From contig JACQGL010000205.1 in the NCBI GenBank assembly GCA_016199525.1, positions 712-64,711 of the forward strand: 64,000 nucleotides of DNA, in the 5' to 3' direction. Below are positions 59,114 through 64,000 of this stretch, one piece after another; position 1 is the stretch's first letter; each line of letters begins with the position of its first letter. The position numbers and the translations under genes are program-made. This stretch comes from Armatimonadota bacterium. GTDB lineage: Bacteria > Armatimonadota > SYMT01 > JACQGL01. The notes beneath the pieces are model-generated. The model saw only the letters and a program-made list of their open reading frames with translations. It searched no databases and was not told where the DNA came from.

Positions 59114-60811
59114 TTACTGGCAGTAGATCCACTGCGACGCCGCCGCATCCAGCCCGTGCACGCCCCGCAGCTCCGTAGGGGCCGTCACTACGGGACCGGT
59201 GGGGAAAAGATCGATCTCGCTCTCGCCCCCCGGCGCCCAGCGCAGCCGGCGGGAAGTGCCAGGCAGTGGGATCGAGCCGCCCTGGGGCCCGGACCGGCTC
59301 TCCGCCGTCCGAACAGAAGCGCCCGCACCATCCAGCCGCCCATCCCCCCGCTTGATCCAGAGCCGGTAGCGGAGCACGCCGTCTGTGATTCGTAGGGGCT
59401 GAAGCGCCCCGAACCAGTCCGGCCCCACGCGGATCAGAACCAGCCAGCCAATGCGCGCCCGCACCCCCTCTCCGGCCCGCGGCGTCTCGAAAGCTTTCGG
59501 GACTTGTTCACCCGACGCAGCGCCCGGCAACTCCCGCCGCTCGGGCGTGAGCGCCGCCTGACCCCTGGGGCCGGGGGGACCAGCAGCGCCCACATTACCG
59601 CTCGGTGCCGCTGGCGCAGCCGCGCCCCGCAGGCCGTCCGGCAGCGGCGCCGGGGACATACCGCCGGCCCCACTCCCGGTGAACTCGGAATCGTGGAGGG
59701 GTTCCCGCCCTTTCCGCGCGCTGGATTCCTCTGCCGATGCCCCTTCGGGCGCTGCCGGAGTCCGCGATCGGTTGAGGATCAAACGGTCGCCATCGGGTGA
59801 GGGCTTTGCCTCAAACTCCTTCTCTGGCAGGGAACCGAAGCGCGGGCTCCAGACCTCACTCCGCCCCGAAAGCTTTTGGGACCCGACGCTGGTCATCTGC
59901 CGCTGGCCGGCGACCTGCGGTTGCGCGGGGAGCGGTCGCTCCACGGGCGGAGGCGCCTGGGCCATCCGGGGAGCGGTCACGCGGAGCGCCACGCCGTTCC
60001 CCGCTGGTTCGATAACCGCGCCCGTCTGTTCGGCCATCTTTTCCAGGGCAAACCACAGTGGCGCGTCCCGGGCCTGCAGCGAGACACGCGCCTCCGGCGG
60101 CGCCTCCACGTGCACGGGCACATCCGCGGCCTCTACCAGCTGGCGGGCGACGGCCCGCAGGGGCTCCTGCCGGAACACCACCGTGACCGGCCGCTGCAAG
60201 GCGGCCAGCAGCGCGGGGGAAAGATTTTCCTCTGGCACAGCCGCCGCCGCGGAGCGTGCCTCGGCGTTGCTAGCCGGCCGGCGGGGCCGGGGTCGCAGAG
60301 GATGGCGCGGGGCCACGGGAGCCGGCGGTGACACAGGTTGCGGCTTGAGGACCGTCTTGTGAGGCCCTTGTTTACCCGCCGTCTTCGAACTGTGGATGGG
60401 CGGCGGAGATAGGGTCGTTTCCGGAAGCGGAACGCTGACTCCGGGCAGCGCGGGCACGCGGGCGTGGAGCGAGCGCTCCCCCACCGGCGGGGACACGCCG
60501 CGCCCCAGGAGCAGGAGGAAGGCCGCCGCCGCTGCCGCCGGCACCAATGCCGCCGCCGGCCAGCCCCACCGGAAGCGGCGCGCGGGACGATCCTGCGGCC
60601 GAACGCGCGCGTACACAGCGTCGAGCATCCCGGGCGGCGCGGGGTGAGGGGCGACGGAGCGCAGGGCCCGCTCCGCGCACGCCAGCGCTTCGATCTGCGC
60701 GGCGCACGCCGGGCAACCCGCCGCGTGGTGCCGCAGCGCCTCCCCGTCCGCCGGCGACAGCGTCTCGTCCAGGTACCTCTCAACCGCTCCGGCGAAATCC
60801 CTACACTTCAT
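59114..60811 (-). CDS. Anti-sigma factor (zf-HC2 type) with a TM helix and a long Pro/Ala-rich periplasmic domain
   Basis: N-terminus CRDFAGAVERYLD..AGCPACAAQIEAL (zinc-finger anti-sigma). It overlaps the upstream ECF sigma gene. It contains palindrome copies at 59484 and 59865. Confidence 0.7.
   Translation of the reverse strand: MKCRDFAGAVERYLDETLSPADGEALRHHAAGCPACAAQIEALACAERALRSVAPHPAPPGMLDAVYARVRPQDRPARRFRWGWPAAALVPAAAAAAFLLLLGRGVSPPVGERSLHARVPALPGVSVPLPETTLSPPPIHSSKTAGKQGPHKTVLKPQPVSPPAPVAPRHPLRPRPRRPASNAEARSAAAAVPEENLSPALLAALQRPVTVVFRQEPLRAVARQLVEAADVPVHVEAPPEARVSLQARDAPLWFALEKMAEQTGAVIEPAGNGVALRVTAPRMAQAPPPVERPLPAQPQVAGQRQMTSVGSQKLSGRSEVWSPRFGSLPEKEFEAKPSPDGDRLILNRSRTPAAPEGASAEESSARKGREPLHDSEFTGSGAGGMSPAPLPDGLRGAAAPAAPSGNVGAAGPPGPRGQAALTPERRELPGAASGEQVPKAFETPRAGEGVRARIGWLVLIRVGPDWFGALQPLRITDGVLRYRLWIKRGDGRLDGAGASVRTAESRSGPQGGSIPLPGTSRRLRWAPGGESEIDLFPTGPVVTAPTELRGVHGLDAAASQWIYCQ
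59484..59501. repeat. Palindrome copy TCTCGAAAGCTTTCGGGA (1 mismatch), in-frame in the anti-sigma CDS
   Basis: Encodes QVPKAFETP on the minus strand. Confidence 0.8.
59865..59880. repeat. Palindrome copy CCCGAAAGCTTTTGGG (1 mismatch), inside the anti-sigma CDS
   Basis: Core family match, in a different reading frame. Confidence 0.75.
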
Positions 60812-61446
60812 GGCGATCTGCTCGCCGCCTGGTCGGCCGCACAGTCGGCCCCCTCCAGGCAGGCCGCGTAGCGGGCCGCGAAGGACCGCCGCGCCCGATG
60901 GAGCTTGATTTTGACCTGTGGCAGCGTCCAGCCCAGAACCTGGGCGATCTCTTCGTAAGACAATCCCTGAAAGTAGCGCAGCACCAGCACCAGGCGGTAA
61001 TCCGGTATGAGAGCGGTGACCACCTGGCGCACCAGTCGCTCATCATCTTTCTGCTGGAGGCCGTGCCAGGGCGGCGCGCTGCCATCCGGCGCCTCGCGCA
61101 CGTGATCGTCCTCCAGCGAGGCGACTGCCGTCCGCGGTCGCTTCCGCAGGGCGCCCACGCACACGTTAACTGCGATCCGGTAGATCCAGGTGGAGAACGC
61201 CGCGCGACCCCGGAATTCCCCTGCCTTCCGGTAGATGCGCACGAACGTTTCCTGGGCGCAGTCGCGGGCGTCGTCCGGGTTCCCCAGGATTCCCAGGCAG
61301 ATGTTGAAAACGTAGTCCTGGTACTTGAGAAACAACCGGTCGAATGCTTCCGGATTGCCGTCCAGGAAACTCTGGACCAAGGCCAGGTCGCTGTCAGGGC
61401 TAACGGTCACCTTGCGGCCGGCCTCCAGGGTCGGACCCGCCATCAT
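60808..61446 (-). CDS. ECF (sigma-70 family group IV) RNA polymerase sigma factor
   Basis: Region 2 (FDRLFLKYQDYVFNICLGILGN) and region 4 (LSYEEIAQVLGWTLPQVKIKLHRAR). Confidence 0.88.
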   Translation of the reverse strand: MMAGPTLEAGRKVTVSPDSDLALVQSFLDGNPEAFDRLFLKYQDYVFNICLGILGNPDDARDCAQETFVRIYRKAGEFRGRAAFSTWIYRIAVNVCVGALRKRPRTAVASLEDDHVREAPDGSAPPWHGLQQKDDERLVRQVVTALIPDYRLVLVLRYFQGLSYEEIAQVLGWTLPQVKIKLHRARRSFAARYAACLEGADCAADQAASRSP

Positions 61447-61737
61447 CGGCTGAATGCCTTTCGCCTGGCGTTAATGCTACCGGTGATTGGATGCCGTAAG
61501 AAGCGGACGGGTTACAGACCTCGCCACCGCCATTTCATGATACGCCAACAGCGGGCTGCTGGCGGCAGGAAACGCAGAATGCGGATGGCGGATTAAGAGC
61601 TACAAGGTTCCCCCACTCCGCGTTCGAAGGGGTGAGCCCGTGAGTAAGATGCGGCTGATTGCGGCGGGACCGGGGCATAACTTCTTATAAGGGTCCGTGC
61701 AATGCCGTGACACACGCCGCGTGCCTCAACCGCAGTA

Positions 61738-62184
61738 ATGAGCAAATCACTGAATCGAGAAGAAGTTGCCGCACACCTCCGTGCCTACGGGGTGGACCCT
61801 GAGCAACGGGACTGGCCTGCGTCTGCCGCCGCAACGCTGGCCGTGCCGTTCGCGTTCGACGAGCGGATTGGCTACTGGACCGGGGAACGCGATTGGGACG
61901 CTGCCGCCCGGGCCCTGGCGGCGGTGCTGCCGGTTATCGCCCCCGAGCCACTTCTGTGGATTGCCGCCGACGGGACCGGCTGCCTGGTAGAGGCGGAGGA
62001 GTGTCTTGATGCGGCGCACAGGGCGCTTGCCAGGCTGGCGGCAGGAGCGGGATGCGCGGTGGTATTCGCCGGAGATACGCGCCTGCTCGTCGAGGTCGCC
62101 GCGAGCGGCCAGGTCACGATCCGCAGCCCCGATCCGCGCGCCGCAGAGCGCACGGCCAGCGCGCTCACCACCTACATGGCGTAA
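61738..62184 (+). CDS. Hypothetical protein (148 aa)
   Basis: ORF with typical codon composition. No family assigned. Confidence 0.45.
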   Translation: MSKSLNREEVAAHLRAYGVDPEQRDWPASAAATLAVPFAFDERIGYWTGERDWDAAARALAAVLPVIAPEPLLWIAADGTGCLVEAEECLDAAHRALARLAAGAGCAVVFAGDTRLLVEVAASGQVTIRSPDPRAAERTASALTTYMA

Positions 62185-62191
62185 CCTCATG

Positions 62192-62914
62192 TCATCGCGG
62201 CGGCGCCTCGGCCCGTCCGGCGCCCTGCGTCTCGGCAAGGAGGCTCGCCAGGGCGACGCGCAGGCGCTCTGTGGCCGCATCGATCGCCTCCCGTGGGGGC
62301 ACCGCGCCTTCATCCGGTCGCCAGAGGTCGTCGAACCGTAGCGGCTCGCCGAAGCGCACCACCACCGGCCGGGGCGAAAAGCGGGGGATGAGCTTACCGT
62401 AGGGAAGCAGACGCTCCGTGCCACGCAGGGCCACCGGCACCACGGGGACCCCGGTGCGCAGCGCCACGAAGGCCAGGCCCGGTTTGAGCGGCTGCAGCCG
62501 CGCGTCCGGGCTCACGCGGCCTTCGGGGAAGATCACCAGCGCGTGCCCCTGCCGCAGGAGATCCTCGGCCAGGCGCAGAGCAGCGCGGTCGGCGGCCCCA
62601 CGGCGTACGGGGAACACGTGGAAGAGGCGCAGGAACCATCTGGTGGCGGGGTGCTCGAACAGGGTGTGCTTTGCCAGCCAGACCAGGGGCCGGGGGCTGC
62701 TCAGGCCGACGGCGGGCCAGTCCGCGGCGCTAATGTGGTTGGGCGCCAGGATCACCGGCCCCGTGCGGGGGACATTCTGGCGGCCTTCCACCCGCATCCG
62801 GCCGAGGATCTGGTAGCCGAGCCAGATGATGCCGCGCAGAATGGCGCGCGCCAGGTGGTGATACCAGCGGTTATACGGCAGTTCGGCAGGCGGACCAGTC
62901 AGCATCAGTTCCAT
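62192..62914 (-). CDS. plsC: 1-acyl-sn-glycerol-3-phosphate acyltransferase (lysophospholipid acyltransferase)
   Basis: NHISAADWP (HX4D) and FPEGRVS motifs. Confidence 0.82.
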   Translation of the reverse strand: MELMLTGPPAELPYNRWYHHLARAILRGIIWLGYQILGRMRVEGRQNVPRTGPVILAPNHISAADWPAVGLSSPRPLVWLAKHTLFEHPATRWFLRLFHVFPVRRGAADRAALRLAEDLLRQGHALVIFPEGRVSPDARLQPLKPGLAFVALRTGVPVVPVALRGTERLLPYGKLIPRFSPRPVVVRFGEPLRFDDLWRPDEGAVPPREAIDAATERLRVALASLLAETQGAGRAEAPPR

Positions 62915-63267
62915 TATCGGCGGCGGATGCGGGCGCCCAGGATCGCCGATTGCAGATCGCGCATGGCGGCGTAGGGATCACCGGATGCTGCGTTCCAGGG
63001 ACGCTCTTTGGGCCCCGTTCCGCGTTCGGAAGGACATTGGGCACTGAGCGTCTCGCATTGAGCCGCGAGACTGGCTCTCCCAACGCCTTGACATTCAATG
63101 CCCAACGCTACATCTACATCCCCCACTATCCCCCACCTCGCTCCCCCGTTCTCCTGTTCTGCTCTACCGCGCGCCGGCACGGGCGGGCGCGGCCAGGATG
63201 GTTTGCGCGCCCGCTCTCGGGCATAATTGAACCCGGAGAGATGCCCTTTTCCGAAAGGAATCCGCCG

Positions 63268-64000
63268 ATGGCCGCTGCCGCATCCATCACCGCCCTGCCC
63301 ATCGTCTGGCGGCCGACGGACGACGTCCTGCGCTGGTCTCGCCTCTGGCGCTTTATGCACGCTCAGGGAATGGATAACTACGATCTCTTCCTGCGTCGGT
63401 CGCAGCAAGATCTCGCCTGGTTCTGGGACGCGGTTGTTCAGGATTTAGGCCTAGAGTTCTACAGACCTTACTCCCAGGTCCTGGACCTGTCCCGCGGCCT
63501 GCCGTGGACGCGCTGGTTCGTGGGCGGGCAGTACAACTACGTCCACAACGCTGTCGATAAATGGGCCACCAACCCCGCGGAGCGGGACCGCGTTGCTCTG
63601 GTGTGGGAGGGGGACGACGGCGACGTCCGCCGCCTGACCTACGCGGAGCTGGACCGGGAGGTCTGCCGCCTGGCAGGGGCGTTGCGGGAGGAGATGGGCA
63701 TTCGCAAGGGCGATCGGGTAGGCATCTACATGCCGATGGCTCCGGAGACGGCGATCGCCACACTGGCGGTCAACAAGATCGGAGCGATCTATGTGCCGAT
63801 CTTCTCCGGCTACGGGCCGGAGGCGGTGGCGACCCGCCTGGTGGACGGCGGCTGCCGTCTGCTGATCACCGCTGATGGCTTCCGGCGGCGCGGCAACGTG
63901 GTGCGTATGAAGGAGCAGGCCGACGCCGCCGTGGCCCAGGCGCCTGCGGTGGAACGAGTGGTCGTGTGGTCTCGCCTGGGGTGCGAGGTGCCCTGGGATG
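63268..64000 (+). CDS. AMP-forming acyl-CoA synthetase (acetyl/propionyl-CoA synthetase-like), 3' truncated by the window end
   Basis: AAAGGAA RBS. N-terminal Acs-like region (YNYVHNAVDKW..RVALVWEGDDGDVRRLTYAEL) with no stop before nt 64000. Confidence 0.8.
   Translation, partial: MAAAASITALPIVWRPTDDVLRWSRLWRFMHAQGMDNYDLFLRRSQQDLAWFWDAVVQDLGLEFYRPYSQVLDLSRGLPWTRWFVGGQYNYVHNAVDKWATNPAERDRVALVWEGDDGDVRRLTYAELDREVCRLAGALREEMGIRKGDRVGIYMPMAPETAIATLAVNKIGAIYVPIFSGYGPEAVATRLVDGGCRLLITADGFRRRGNVVRMKEQADAAVAQAPAVERVVVWSRLGCEVPWD

Noticed and set aside
1-64000. CRISPR arrays, integrases, transposases, prophage or toxin-antitoxin pairs
   Set aside because: No direct-repeat/spacer periodicity and no recombinase or transposase motifs were recognised anywhere in the window. 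The only repeat family is the short CCCGAAAGCTTTCGGG palindrome.

Overview
High-GC (~68%) bacterial chromosomal window, densely coding on both strands, mostly housekeeping and envelope functions. No transposases, integrases or CRISPR arrays were seen. From start to end:

- **Heavy-metal efflux operon (1-7476, +):** four translationally coupled genes (ATGA/TGATG overlaps). They encode a Cus-like periplasmic adaptor (5'-open) with two C-terminal CPxH..CPxCGM metal-binding modules, an RND permease with a Gly/Met-rich insert, a small LTXXQ (CpxP/Spy/ZraP-like) periplasmic protein, and a TolC-like outer membrane factor.
- **8.4-10.7 kb:** secreted hypothetical protein, PIG-L deacetylase, tRNA-Ser(GGA), dcd.
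- **10.7-11.5 kb:** ~800 bp with no convincing gene.
- **Hopanoid cluster (11.5-17.3 kb):** shc-hpnH-hpnA-ispH-hpnG, followed by a second efflux system (TolC-like factor, HlyD-like adaptor, RND permease) to 23.9 kb.
- **24-35 kb:** small and hypothetical genes, greA, lysS, flavin reductase, ACC-deaminase-family protein, pdxS, pdxT, beta-propeller protein, metK, and a small RHH protein.
- **35.5-39.4 kb:** a NarL-type response regulator and a multi-TM HisKA_3 kinase, divergent from a second LTXXQ periplasmic protein (cpxP/zraP-like arrangement).
- **39.4-40.4 kb:** lower-GC stretch with a 35-bp perfect palindrome and a rho-independent terminator, so a candidate sRNA or regulatory locus.
- **40.4-46.4 kb (-), the most unusual locus:** from promoter-proximal end, a small membrane protein, a 4x[4Fe-4S] ferredoxin subunit (HybA/NrfC-like), an NrfD/PsrC-like membrane protein fused to a C-terminal dodecaheme cytochrome (12 CXXCH in four c7-like triheme repeats), an OmpR-type response regulator, and a histidine kinase with a CXXCH heme-c motif in its periplasmic sensor loop.
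- **46.9-54.1 kb:** rhomboid-TPR protease, hydantoinase A-like, a membrane protein, S1-protease-TPR, and a zinc-ribbon protein.
- **54.3-64 kb:** tmRNA (ssrA, tag ANTGTYAYAA), AmiC-like amidase, rph, rdgB, a hypothetical protein, a zf-HC2 anti-sigma / ECF sigma pair, a hypothetical protein, plsC, and a 3'-truncated acyl-CoA synthetase.

A 16-20 bp perfect palindrome with core CCCGAAAGCTTTCGGG recurs at least six times, both intergenically and in-frame inside three genes (twice, in different frames, within the anti-sigma gene).
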